Below, piece by piece: positions 31,823-41,318 of a stretch of DNA of 55,705 nt. The notes beneath the pieces were generated by a model. It ran no database searches and was not told where the DNA came from. It saw nothing but the letters and a program-made list of their open reading frames with translations. The position numbers were made by a program, and so were the translations under genes. This stretch comes from Hyphomicrobiales bacterium (GTDB lineage: Bacteria; Pseudomonadota; Alphaproteobacteria; Rhizobiales; CAJQND01). The stretch lies in the NCBI GenBank assembly GCA_051010095.1, contig JBPCVX010000019.1:1-55705 (forward strand). Direction: 5' to 3'. The first letter of the stretch is position 1, and every line of letters begins with the position of its first letter.

Positions 31823-32304
31823 AGCTCAGCCAGCATTGCCTCTGCGCCAGATTGCACCGCCTGGGCCGCGGCCTCTTCAATGTGAAGCGCCTTCAGGGTG
31901 CAATCATCTAATATCATTGCATATCGCTGGGAGCGCACCCCCATGCTGAATGGCGTGAAATCTTGATCAAGGCCAACTGCCTTAGCAAAATCACCATTGC
32001 CATCACCAAGGAACATAATCTTATCTTTAGCGTTTAGCTGGCGTGCCCATGCATCAACAACGAACACATCATTCACCGTGACACAGGCAATCAAATCAAC
32101 ACCTTTGGCCTCAAAATCTTTCATGTGGGCGAGATATCCAGGCACATGCTGATTATGACATGTAGGCGTAAAAGCACCTGGAACTGCAAATAATACCGCT
32201 TTGCGTCCGCCAAAAATATCGTGCGCTTTCATGGGCTGAGGCCCTTCATCGGTCATGCACATCAAAATTGTATCGGGAATTTTTTCACCCGGTTGAATAG
32301 TCAT
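31819..32304 (-). CDS. peroxiredoxin (Prx5-like subfamily)
   Basis: 161 aa with the peroxidatic Cys motif PGAFTPTCH. Confidence 0.85.
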   Translation of the reverse strand: MTIQPGEKIPDTILMCMTDEGPQPMKAHDIFGGRKAVLFAVPGAFTPTCHNQHVPGYLAHMKDFEAKGVDLIACVTVNDVFVVDAWARQLNAKDKIMFLGDGNGDFAKAVGLDQDFTPFSMGVRSQRYAMILDDCTLKALHIEEAAAQAVQSGAEAMLAEL

Positions 32305-32348
32305 ATCTACGCTCCGAAAATATAGAGGGATCTCAAGTTCAGCCGACC

Positions 32349-33185
32349 CTAATCCACCACAATGTTGCGTTCAAGACTGCGTTTTCCCTGCACGATAGTC
32401 ACTGTTAGCTCCGCTCCCTTTAAATCTTCAGGGGCCTTCGCACCATCCACACGCAACGTGTAAAGCATTGAATTGCCTTGGGCCTGTGGGGTCTCAAAAT
32501 AAAATTTTTGTGGGCCCTCAACAAATACTTCTAGGGGAACACTGTCATCCGCCTGTACGGCGACATTTAGCATCACATCTTTGCCTTTGGTTTTTACCGA
32601 CGCCCCTTTAATCTTCACCCCATCAAGGGATTGGGAGGGAACCCGAGCTAAAGATTTCTTGATTTGCGGCAAATATTTACCGCTCGCATTATTCTGCAAA
32701 TTCAGAGCAAGTTCAGCTGTCGCTGGAATACAAATATTACTACACACGCCATATTGCGCCTTGAGCTTAAGAGAAACGGGTTCGTTTCTATCTTTTGGCG
32801 TAATCTGCAAGGGAAACACAACGTCTTTTTTGTAGCCAATGCTCAAACCAAAATCGTCGCGGAAGCGCTTTGGCGCAGGCCAGCGCACTTTCACATCTGA
32901 AACATTCTCCGATCCGGTCCAGTCAAAAAAAGGCGGAATGCCGCTATCACCAGGGCTTCGCCAATAGGTTTTCCACCCCTTATCGAGTTTTACTTCCAGA
33001 CCCGCATAGAGTTTGCCGTCGTTAAGCGCACCGCCCGAGACCAGCCTCATTTGCCCTTGCTCGGGCCCGCTCCATTGAGACGCATCATCCGCGTGCGCAG
33101 CCGCACTTACTGCAGCCCACATCATCGCGAACAGCGAGAACAGACAAAACTTCCGAAATGCGCTCATGAATTTATCCACATGCAT
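32349..33185 (-). CDS. DsbD N-terminal-domain-like exported protein
   Basis: It has a signal peptide, then KGWKTYWRSPGDSGIPPFFDW...VRWPAPKRF, which is typical of the DsbD-domain family. It lies upstream of the peroxiredoxin. Confidence 0.75.
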   Translation of the reverse strand: MHVDKFMSAFRKFCLFSLFAMMWAAVSAAAHADDASQWSGPEQGQMRLVSGGALNDGKLYAGLEVKLDKGWKTYWRSPGDSGIPPFFDWTGSENVSDVKVRWPAPKRFRDDFGLSIGYKKDVVFPLQITPKDRNEPVSLKLKAQYGVCSNICIPATAELALNLQNNASGKYLPQIKKSLARVPSQSLDGVKIKGASVKTKGKDVMLNVAVQADDSVPLEVFVEGPQKFYFETPQAQGNSMLYTLRVDGAKAPEDLKGAELTVTIVQGKRSLERNIVVD

Positions 33186-33359
33186 ACCAGGACGCCAACC
33201 TAACGATACCTATACCCGCACGCGAGGGGTAAATCCGTCACCAAAGTTCACGTTACCGTCAAACCATATTGATAGTTGCACTTGCTGACACACCTAAAAT
33301 ACAGTTAGGCTAATAATGGCTCTGCAAACCGAGCCTGCACCGGTTTTGCGAACCTGGGA

Positions 33360-33956
33360 ATGGTGCTCATGAGTGATGGTTCATATTTGGACGGACAAAT
33401 GTTACTGGCGATGCCGGGCATTGGCGATTCTCGTTTTGATCGCAGTCTCATTTATATGTGTGCTCACTCAGAAGAAGGCGCCATGGGCATCATCGTCAAC
33501 AAGCACGCATCAGACATCAATTTTCCAGATCTTTTGGGCCGTCTCGATATCATCACTGATGGCGAGCAAATCGATCTGCCTGGAGAGGTCAAGGACAAGC
33601 AGGTGCATGTAGGTGGACCGGTAGAAACGGGCCGAGGTTTTGTGCTCCACACAACAGACTATTTCGCATCTGATTGCACGCTTCCCATTGATGCACAAGT
33701 TGGGCTCACTGCAACCCTCGACGTTTTGCGCGCGATTGTGGAAGGTGATGGTCCAAAACAGTCTTTGCTGGCACTGGGATATTCAGGCTGGGGACCTGGC
33801 CAGCTTGAAGCAGAAATCCAGTCGAATGGTTGGCTGCATTGCGAGGCCAGCAACGATCTCATTTTCAACGAAAATTTGGATGAGAAATACGATGCTGCTT
33901 TGACAAAAATTGGCGTCGACCCGAGGCTGCTCTCCAGCGAAGCCGGTCACGCCTAG
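33360..33956 (+). CDS. YqgE/AlgH family (UPF0301) protein
   Basis: 198 aa with [34 protein letters not shown] and the GWGPGQLE motif. Confidence 0.85.
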   Translation: MVLMSDGSYLDGQMLLAMPGIGDSRFDRSLIYMCAHSEEGAMGIIVNKHASDINFPDLLGRLDIITDGEQIDLPGEVKDKQVHVGGPVETGRGFVLHTTDYFASDCTLPIDAQVGLTATLDVLRAIVEGDGPKQSLLALGYSGWGPGQLEAEIQSNGWLHCEASNDLIFNENLDEKYDAALTKIGVDPRLLSSEAGHA

Positions 33957-33970
33957 CGGCAACCCACCTT

Positions 33971-36900
33971 CTAACCTTGCAAAAGATCGCGCGCTTGTTC
34001 ACGCCACTTCTCACGATCGATACGGCCTGGAAAACTTAGCTTCTTGTCTAATTCGGCAACATCATCATCGCTTAAAGCGGCAAGCTCGGCAAACTGATAA
34101 ATGTCCTGTTCGTTCAGCAATTTGGCCAGTTTCTTGCCAATACCCTTGATCTTTGTAAGGTCATCTGGCGTTTCATCAGGCTTCTCTTGTTCATCTTCAT
34201 CAGGCTTCTCGGTTTCATCTGAAGCTGTGTCTGGACCGACATCTTCGCTGTGTTGAGATTCAACTTCAGCCTCCATCTCAGGGTCATCCGAAGGTGCCGG
34301 ATGTTCTTCAATTGGTGCTTCCTCTTCAGAAGCCAAATTCCTGATGCGTTCTTCTTGCTGATCACGTGTCCAGGCAGGCATGCCTGCGCGCAAATCAGAC
34401 GCTTGTTCTACCCAAAGCTCGCACTGTACCCGCCCGGGAAAGCCAATACGCCCATTGATGCGCTCAGCATCTCCTTCAGAAAGATCCGCTATATGATCGT
34501 AGCGTGTGAAACCCATTTCGTTGAGAACCCGGTTGACCGCACTGCCAACACCTACAATTTGGGTAAGTTCATCGCCATTATCCTCATGCGTGGTGCTTGA
34601 GATTTGGCTTGGAGCGGCCGGTGGCGGCAGAGGAGATACAGATTGCGCGTCTGCAGTTGGTGGTGGTGGTGCAGCGGGTGGCAGCGATGAGGCCGGTGGA
34701 CTAATTGCCCGCTGTTGCTCTTGCACAAAACCTGCGTCAGGCATTTCAATAACGGCTTCAGGCAGCGCCTCATCATCATATTCTGCATCGGTTACAACTT
34801 CGCGGCCATACGGAGGAGTGAACTCAGGTACAGGCGCTTCATCAACCTCTTCATAATCTTCTTGAGCATCCTCGTGCACTACATCCTCGTGCACTAAGGG
34901 GGGTGGAGGCGGCAAAACAGGAGACGTTTCCGGCAGCACCTGCGCCACTTGCCGATCTTGATCTTTGTCGTTTCCAAAAACTTTGGAGAATATTCCAGAT
35001 TTTGGTTGCGCAGCCTCAAGCACAGCACTACCTGCCCCGCCAAGAGTATCAATCACCCGTTTAGACGTCATAGGTTCGCCAAAGTGAAAGCCTTGCGCAA
35101 AATCGCACCCGAGCTGTCGCACACGTTCCACTTGCTCGCTATTTTCCACACCTTCAGCAACAACACTCAAATTAAGCTCATGCGCGAGTGCAACAATCAT
35201 CTCAAGAATGCGCGCCGCCGCATCGCTTTCTTGTTCTGCATCCATGAAAGATTTGTCGACCTTCAATGTGTCGAATGGCAAACGTTGCAGCATAGATAGA
35301 GATGAATATCCTGTACCAAAGTCATCGCAGGACAATCCAATCCCAAGCCGTCTCAAGCGATCCAAAACCTGCACGGAAAGTTCCGGGTTCTCCATCACAA
35401 TCGATTCTGTGATTTCGATCTTCAATGTCGCAGGTGGCAGGTCTTCACGCGCCAGCACGGCCTTTACTTCATCAACCAATCCGCTCCCCAAAAGCTGGCT
35501 ATGCGAAAGGTTCACGGCCACAAATAATGGCGTTTGGGGTCTCAATGCGCGCTGCCAGATGCCGAGCTGGCGGGCAGATTCGTTTAAAACATAAGTGCCG
35601 ATTTGTGTAATCAACCCGGTTTCTTCCGCCATATCCAAAAAATCTTCTGGAGGCATTAAACCGCGTTCCTTATGGCGCCAGCGCACAAGCGCTTCGAAGC
35701 CGGCAAGTTCCTGCGTCGCCAAACGGGTGATGGGTTGGAAGAGAACTTCTATCTCATCACGCTCAATAGCGCGCCGCATATCCGCCTCAAGGCTCACAAG
35801 TTCAGAACGATTGTCGCGCATGGTGGAGTTAAACGCCATCACCGTGTCTTTGCCTGTTCGCTTGGCTTCATAGAGCGCGATTTCGGCATCCTTCAGCAAT
35901 TCTGCTGGTTCTTTTGTATCGCGCTTAAACTCCACAAGCCCAATTGACGCGGTTAAGAATACCTCACGGGAATTAATGTCAATCGGTTGCGCAATCGCCT
36001 CACGAATTTGATTGGCGACAACAACCGGATCGCGGGCAGGGTCGGCGGCATTAATGATCAAACCAAACTGATCACCTGCAACACGCGCAAGCGTTTCCTC
36101 TGTTTCTGCAAATGGCGCAAGCCTGCGTGCCATAGCCAACAGCAGACTATCTCCCAATGTGTGACCAAGGCCATCGTTCACATTTTTAAAGCGGTCGAGG
36201 TCAACCACAATTAACACAAGCTGGTCGGTCGCATTATTGACCGCGCGATGCATTGCACGTTCAAGCCTGTCCAGGAAAAGCGCTCTGTTCGGCAGCTTGG
36301 TGATGTTGTCGTGAACCGCATCGCTCAACAATCTGTCTTCTGCGCGCTTGTCGGTCGTCACATCACTCAGCGTACCAATACATCGTGCTGCGTGTTCCTG
36401 ATCACCAGGAATGGCGCGCGCGCGCAGCTCGTACCATCGGTATGTCCCGTCATTGCGCCTGAGACGAAATTGCTCGCTAAAACGCCCTTTTCCGCGCCTG
36501 ATCGCCGTCTCGACGCCTGCAATATAACTCACTCTGTCGGCGGGATGGATAAGTCCCATCCATGCCTTCAGCCCGCCCTTAATGAGCTGCCCTGGTGGCA
36601 CACCCAATGCCCGCTCCAGCTCGGGACCCACATAGAGCCGGCCCGCATCTTCATCCCAATCCCACACACTTTGTTGTGCACCAGCAAGTGCCAATGCACG
36701 TCTGCCAGAATCTTCAAAGAATTTGGAATGAATAACGCCCTGGCTAAACGCGAAGCGCATGAGAGTGAGGGTGGCAATCGACATCACCAAAATAAGACCG
36801 CTTGCGATTGCCAGTTTAAGTATACCGGGGTTAGCCCATTCGTATGCGCCCCCAATTGCAAGCACTGCCCACACTGAAACCGCTGCGAAAAACAGGAGAG

Positions 36901-37915
36901 AAGCACGCGCGCGTATGACGCCAGACAAAGCCATTGGCACGGCCACAGCAAGGCACGCAAGCGATGCCAGTACAAATATGATCCTAGCAATTGCAGCGGC
37001 ACGCAGCGGATCGAGAATAGCCCATAGTGCGACCAAGCAAGCCGCCGCAAACGCCACTATTCCGCATTGCCAGGCAATTGGTGCGCGGCCACGCAAATCA
37101 AGAAAGGTGATGAGACACCCAATCAAACCGGCACCCATAAGTGCTTCGCTCACCGCGCGCACCTTGAGTGCCATATGATGGCCAGGTATGTCGCGGCCTT
37201 CAATGCCTTGCAGATATCCAAATTCACCAAATAAAAATGCCAATGCCGCTGAGACAAATAACAAGCCGGCAGGAAAAACAATTTGCGGGCGGATCACAAA
37301 CAAACAAATAATTGCAATGATCAACAGCAGCGCAAATCCTAATAACACCCCGTAAAAAGTCGCCGTTCTTTGGAGATTTGCGTCATAGGCTGCGCGATGC
37401 CAAAGCGTTACGTCCCCAGGGGGGGTATCCGTCCACTCCACAACATAAGTTATGGTTTCTCCAGGATTTATGCGGAATTGATAGGCATCCATATTAGTGC
37501 TTTGCAACTGCGCCGGCTGTAACCCGGGCGAGGCATGCAATGATTGGATTTGAAAAGACCTATATTTCGGCCAAATGAGGCCCGACCCAACAAAACCCCA
37601 ATGGCGTGTTGTGAGAACCAGATCACGCGGCACCGGATCCTGATTTCGCACCGTGAACACGCCCCAATTGAACGCATCACCTGATCCGCGCGACTCCGCT
37701 GTCATCGAAGCAGTTGCGCCAGATGCATCTGGGGTCATTTCAACGGTAATAGAAGGTGTGTTGGACTGAACTTGTTCAATCACATCGGTAAGGTCGACAT
37801 TGGGCGTTGTAAAACTCGTAGAAACGATGTCGCGCGCACTCGCGGGCACAAGCGCCAGCACAAGGCAAGCTAAAGACATCGCTACAAAAAGCGCACTTTT
37901 AAGTGGTGCTGTCAT
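33971..37915 (-). CDS. 7TM-DISM sensor / PAS / degenerate GGDEF / EAL c-di-GMP phosphodiesterase with a long C-terminal extension
   Basis: The start is taken at MTAPLKSALFVAMSLACLVLALVPASA (37915), which reads as a signal peptide; the ORF track begins 15 codons earlier, and residue numbers below follow the track ORF. A periplasmic domain of about 170 aa is followed by about 7 TM helices and a PAS domain (SVWDWDEDAGRLYV...FRLRRNDGTYRWYE). The GGDEF domain has AGDQF in place of GGDEF. The EAL domain has intact GFEALVRW, VNLS, EITE, DDFGTG, KVDKSF and EGVE motifs. A 366-aa tail follows. Confidence 0.85.
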   Translation of the reverse strand: MTAPLKSALFVAMSLACLVLALVPASARDIVSTSFTTPNVDLTDVIEQVQSNTPSITVEMTPDASGATASMTAESRGSGDAFNWGVFTVRNQDPVPRDLVLTTRHWGFVGSGLIWPKYRSFQIQSLHASPGLQPAQLQSTNMDAYQFRINPGETITYVVEWTDTPPGDVTLWHRAAYDANLQRTATFYGVLLGFALLLIIAIICLFVIRPQIVFPAGLLFVSAALAFLFGEFGYLQGIEGRDIPGHHMALKVRAVSEALMGAGLIGCLITFLDLRGRAPIAWQCGIVAFAAACLVALWAILDPLRAAAIARIIFVLASLACLAVAVPMALSGVIRARASLLFFAAVSVWAVLAIGGAYEWANPGILKLAIASGLILVMSIATLTLMRFAFSQGVIHSKFFEDSGRRALALAGAQQSVWDWDEDAGRLYVGPELERALGVPPGQLIKGGLKAWMGLIHPADRVSYIAGVETAIRRGKGRFSEQFRLRRNDGTYRWYELRARAIPGDQEHAARCIGTLSDVTTDKRAEDRLLSDAVHDNITKLPNRALFLDRLERAMHRAVNNATDQLVLIVVDLDRFKNVNDGLGHTLGDSLLLAMARRLAPFAETEETLARVAGDQFGLIINAADPARDPVVVANQIREAIAQPIDINSREVFLTASIGLVEFKRDTKEPAELLKDAEIALYEAKRTGKDTVMAFNSTMRDNRSELVSLEADMRRAIERDEIEVLFQPITRLATQELAGFEALVRWRHKERGLMPPEDFLDMAEETGLITQIGTYVLNESARQLGIWQRALRPQTPLFVAVNLSHSQLLGSGLVDEVKAVLAREDLPPATLKIEITESIVMENPELSVQVLDRLRRLGIGLSCDDFGTGYSSLSMLQRLPFDTLKVDKSFMDAEQESDAAARILEMIVALAHELNLSVVAEGVENSEQVERVRQLGCDFAQGFHFGEPMTSKRVIDTLGGAGSAVLEAAQPKSGIFSKVFGNDKDQDRQVAQVLPETSPVLPPPPPLVHEDVVHEDAQEDYEEVDEAPVPEFTPPYGREVVTDAEYDDEALPEAVIEMPDAGFVQEQQRAISPPASSLPPAAPPPPTADAQSVSPLPPPAAPSQISSTTHEDNGDELTQIVGVGSAVNRVLNEMGFTRYDHIADLSEGDAERINGRIGFPGRVQCELWVEQASDLRAGMPAWTRDQQEERIRNLASEEEAPIEEHPAPSDDPEMEAEVESQHSEDVGPDTASDETEKPDEDEQEKPDETPDDLTKIKGIGKKLAKLLNEQDIYQFAELAALSDDDVAELDKKLSFPGRIDREKWREQARDLLQG

Positions 37916-37982
37916 GAAATGTCCCGTTTGCACCTCGTATCGAATCCCCTCGAGATGCACATTCTAATCCTTTTCAGCACTT

Positions 37983-38582
37983 TCAACCAATATCTCTTGT
38001 TTTTAAATCTTCTGAAAGTACTGCAAAAAGCAGATGATCTTGCCAAACGCCATTAATGCGCAAGTAACGCCGTGCGTACCCTTCCTCACTGAATCCACAT
38101 TTCAGGAGCAAGCGAGCAGATGGCTCGTTGACCGGCAAACATGCTGCTTCCAGGCGGTGCAGGAGTAAATTATCAAAAACGAACGGCATAATCGTTTGTA
38201 CCGCGTCGTACATATGGCCTTTGCGGGCATAGGGTTCCCCGACCCAATATCCCAGTGAGCATGATTGCGATACACCGCGACGAATGTTCGACAAAGTTAA
38301 ACCACCAACCAGTTCGTCACTAATCGCATTATAGATAAAGAACGGAAAAGAATGGCCTTCCCGCACATCACGCTGATAGCGCCTGATGCGACGGCGAAAT
38401 GCCGGCTTTGTCAGATCATCACGGGGCCACGTCGGCTCCCATGGTGTAAGAAATGCCCGCGAGTCTGCGCGCAGAGACGTCCAGTTTTCAAAATCCGACA
38501 TTTGTGGAATGCGCATTACGACTTGCTCGCCATAAAGTGTTGGCGAAACATCCGATGCCGTAACGGATCTTAGAAAAGCCAT
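37983..38582 (-). CDS. GNAT family N-acetyltransferase (RimJ/RimL-like)
   Basis: 199 aa with a GNAT core (GYWVGEPYARKGHMYDAV...LHRLEAACLPVNEPSARLLLKCGF). Confidence 0.8.
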   Translation of the reverse strand: MAFLRSVTASDVSPTLYGEQVVMRIPQMSDFENWTSLRADSRAFLTPWEPTWPRDDLTKPAFRRRIRRYQRDVREGHSFPFFIYNAISDELVGGLTLSNIRRGVSQSCSLGYWVGEPYARKGHMYDAVQTIMPFVFDNLLLHRLEAACLPVNEPSARLLLKCGFSEEGYARRYLRINGVWQDHLLFAVLSEDLKTRDIG

Positions 38583-38621
38583 AGCTTGCGCGCCCCTACT
38601 CCCTCACACACGTCTTTTTCG

Positions 38622-39881
38622 TTATCTGAATTGTGCCGCGATCTCATCATAAGACGCAAGACCATAAAGCGCACCAACAGCCCCAATTGACGGTTTTGCG
38701 CCCTTAAATATGGTCTTTGCCAGTGCGCGCACGCTTTCTGCATCAACTTGATCGACTTTTTCGATGATTTCTTCCGGTGTTGGCACCTTTCCAAAACTCA
38801 ATAATTGACGCGCAATCTGGTCAGCACGTGCAGACGAGCTTTCAAGGCTCATCATCAACCCCGCCTTTAATTGTGCCCGCGCACGAGCGACCTCGTCCTC
38901 GGAGATCGTTTCAACTGCATTCATCAATTCACCAGTGACAACTTTGGTGAGCTCGCCTACGTTCTGCGGTGATGTGGCCGCATAGATGCTCATTAAGCAG
39001 GTATCTTCAAATGCCGAAGGAAAAGCAAAAATCGAATAGCAGAGCCCGCGCTTTTCGCGCACTTCCTGGAAAAGTCGTGACGACATGCCACCGCCCAACA
39101 CGCTCGCCATTACCTGTTCGGCATAAATGTCTTCCGATAAATAACCCGGCCCTTCAAAACCCATCACCAAATGGGTTTGCTCAAGAGGTCGTTCAACCGC
39201 GCTGAACCCACCATCATATTGCGCTGGTGCCCAAGTGTGGCTCTTTGATCCATTCAAGCCACCAAATGCTTGTGTTGCCAGCGCGACGAACTCATCGTGC
39301 TTAATGCCACCTGCAGCAGCAACCACAGTTTGACCCGCCACATAGTGCCGATCACGAAATTGGCAAATATCAGCTTCTGTGAATGTCGATACGCGCTCAA
39401 CTTCACCCAAAATTGGTCTGCCAATAGCTTGGCTCGGAAATGCCACTTGCTGTGCAATATCGAACACAAGATCATCAGGCGTATCTTGGGCAGCGGCAAT
39501 CTCTTGCACCACCACATCCCGTTCCCGCTCCAGTTCAGACTTTTCAAAAACCGGGTTCAACAGAATATCTGAAAGCACTTCCATGCCAAGCGGCACATCA
39601 TCTTTCAGCACGCGAACGTAGTAAGCCGTCGTCTCAAGCGACGTCGAGGCGTTGATGTCTCCGCCGACCGCTTCAATGGTTTCTGCAATTTCCATAGCGC
39701 TGCGGGTTTTCGTGCCTTTAAACGCCATATGCTCAAGAAAATGGGCTATGCCATTTTCTTGCTCATCTTCGTTTCGCGCACCAGCCCTCACCCACACGCC
39801 CATCGAGGCGGTTTGCAGTTGTGGCATTTCATAAGTGGCAATACGTAAACCTGACGGCAGTTGAGTGACTTGGGTGACCAT
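38622..39881 (-). CDS. M16 family zinc peptidase (pitrilysin-like)
   Basis: 419 aa with the inverted zinc motif HFLEHMAFKGT. Confidence 0.85.
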   Translation of the reverse strand: MVTQVTQLPSGLRIATYEMPQLQTASMGVWVRAGARNEDEQENGIAHFLEHMAFKGTKTRSAMEIAETIEAVGGDINASTSLETTAYYVRVLKDDVPLGMEVLSDILLNPVFEKSELERERDVVVQEIAAAQDTPDDLVFDIAQQVAFPSQAIGRPILGEVERVSTFTEADICQFRDRHYVAGQTVVAAAGGIKHDEFVALATQAFGGLNGSKSHTWAPAQYDGGFSAVERPLEQTHLVMGFEGPGYLSEDIYAEQVMASVLGGGMSSRLFQEVREKRGLCYSIFAFPSAFEDTCLMSIYAATSPQNVGELTKVVTGELMNAVETISEDEVARARAQLKAGLMMSLESSSARADQIARQLLSFGKVPTPEEIIEKVDQVDAESVRALAKTIFKGAKPSIGAVGALYGLASYDEIAAQFR

Positions 39882-39896
39882 GCGAACAAACTATCC

Positions 39897-41297
39897 TTAT
39901 TGCGCCGCGCGGCTGCGCGCACTGATGAAATTCTCTACCAAGTCTTGATCATTCGACAAGATGTCATAACGCTCCTCACGTTCCGCCAAATCGGCAAGAC
40001 GTTCGGGTAAATTGGGGTGGATGCCACTTGCTGCCATCACGGCATCTGGGAATTTCGCCGGATGCGCCGTTGACAAGGTCACCATCGGAACCGTGTGATC
40101 GCGCTGAATATTTTGTGCAACTTGAACACCGACCGCTGTATGCGGATCCAGCAATTCGCCCGTCTGGTCAAGTGTTGTTGCAATTATCGATGATACAGCC
40201 TGTTCATCGGCGCGGCCTGCATTGAACTCACGTTTGAGTTTTGTGTAAGCCTGTTGTGGAATTGTGAACGACCCGGATTGCTGCAATCCACTCATCATCC
40301 GCACAACTTCATTGCTGTCGCGTTCCACGCTGTCGAACAAGAGGCGCTCGAAATTCGATGATACCTGAATGTCCATAGATGGGCTGGTCGTCGCAACGAC
40401 GCCCGACATCTCATAGCGCCCGGTTTCCATGGTTCGCGCCAAAATGTCGTTTGAATTCGTGGCAGCAGTGAGCATATGCACAGGCAACCCCATACGCTTG
40501 GCCACATAACCTGCAAGAATGTCGCCAAAGTTACCCGTTGGCACACAATAGCTGATCGATCGGTCTGGTGCGCCTAATGCAATGGCTGATGTAAAATAAT
40601 AGACCGACTGCGCCATCACCCGCGCCCAATTGATGGAGTTAACACCCGCAAGAGCAATTTCACTTCGGAAAGCGCGATGGTTGAACATGGCTTTGAGCAT
40701 GTTCTGGCAGTCATCGAAGGTACCCTCTAGAGCGATGTTGTGAACATTATGGTCAAGCACGGTTGTCATCTGGCGCCGTTGCACATCAGATACTTTGTTG
40801 TGCGGAAACATAATAAAAATATCCACCGCATCGCGCCCCCTAAAGGCCTCGATGGCCGCGCCGCCTGTATCGCCCGACGTTGCCCCGACAATCGTTGCCC
40901 GCTGACCACGCTTGTTGAGCACGTAATCCATCATGTGCCCGAGAATTTGCATAGCAACATCTTTGAACGCCAGTGTTGGTCCGTGAAAAAGTTCAAGCAA
41001 CCAATCATTGTCGTTCAGTTGTTTTAGTGGCGCCACGGCCGGGTGGGCAAAGGTGCTATAGGCTTGCTCCACCATTGCTTTGAGAGTGTCGTCAGGTATT
41101 GCATTCCCCAAAAAAGGACGCATCACCATCAACGCAATCTCGCAATAGGATTTGCCGCGCATGGCGCGCAATTCATCTGCGCTGAATGTGGGCCATTCCT
41201 GCGGCACATAAAGACCGCCATCTTCAGCCAGTCCTGTCAGCAATACGTCTTCAAAGTCGAGCTCTGGCGCATTACCGCGTGTTGAAATGTATTTCAT
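39897..41297 (-). CDS. thrC: threonine synthase
   Basis: 466 aa. It has MKYISTRG and the PLP-lysine region HGPTLAFKDVAMQ. Confidence 0.9.
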   Translation of the reverse strand: MKYISTRGNAPELDFEDVLLTGLAEDGGLYVPQEWPTFSADELRAMRGKSYCEIALMVMRPFLGNAIPDDTLKAMVEQAYSTFAHPAVAPLKQLNDNDWLLELFHGPTLAFKDVAMQILGHMMDYVLNKRGQRATIVGATSGDTGGAAIEAFRGRDAVDIFIMFPHNKVSDVQRRQMTTVLDHNVHNIALEGTFDDCQNMLKAMFNHRAFRSEIALAGVNSINWARVMAQSVYYFTSAIALGAPDRSISYCVPTGNFGDILAGYVAKRMGLPVHMLTAATNSNDILARTMETGRYEMSGVVATTSPSMDIQVSSNFERLLFDSVERDSNEVVRMMSGLQQSGSFTIPQQAYTKLKREFNAGRADEQAVSSIIATTLDQTGELLDPHTAVGVQVAQNIQRDHTVPMVTLSTAHPAKFPDAVMAASGIHPNLPERLADLAEREERYDILSNDQDLVENFISARSRAAQ

Positions 41298-41318
41298 GAC
41301 CCTTAGCCGTTTTCAGTT

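Noticed and set aside
33172-33180. Perfect DnaA box TTATCCACA
   Set aside because: It is a single copy at the 5' end of the DsbD-domain gene. A given 9-mer is expected by chance roughly 0.4 times in a window of this size counting both strands. There is no cluster and no AT-rich unwinding element nearby, so this is not an origin.
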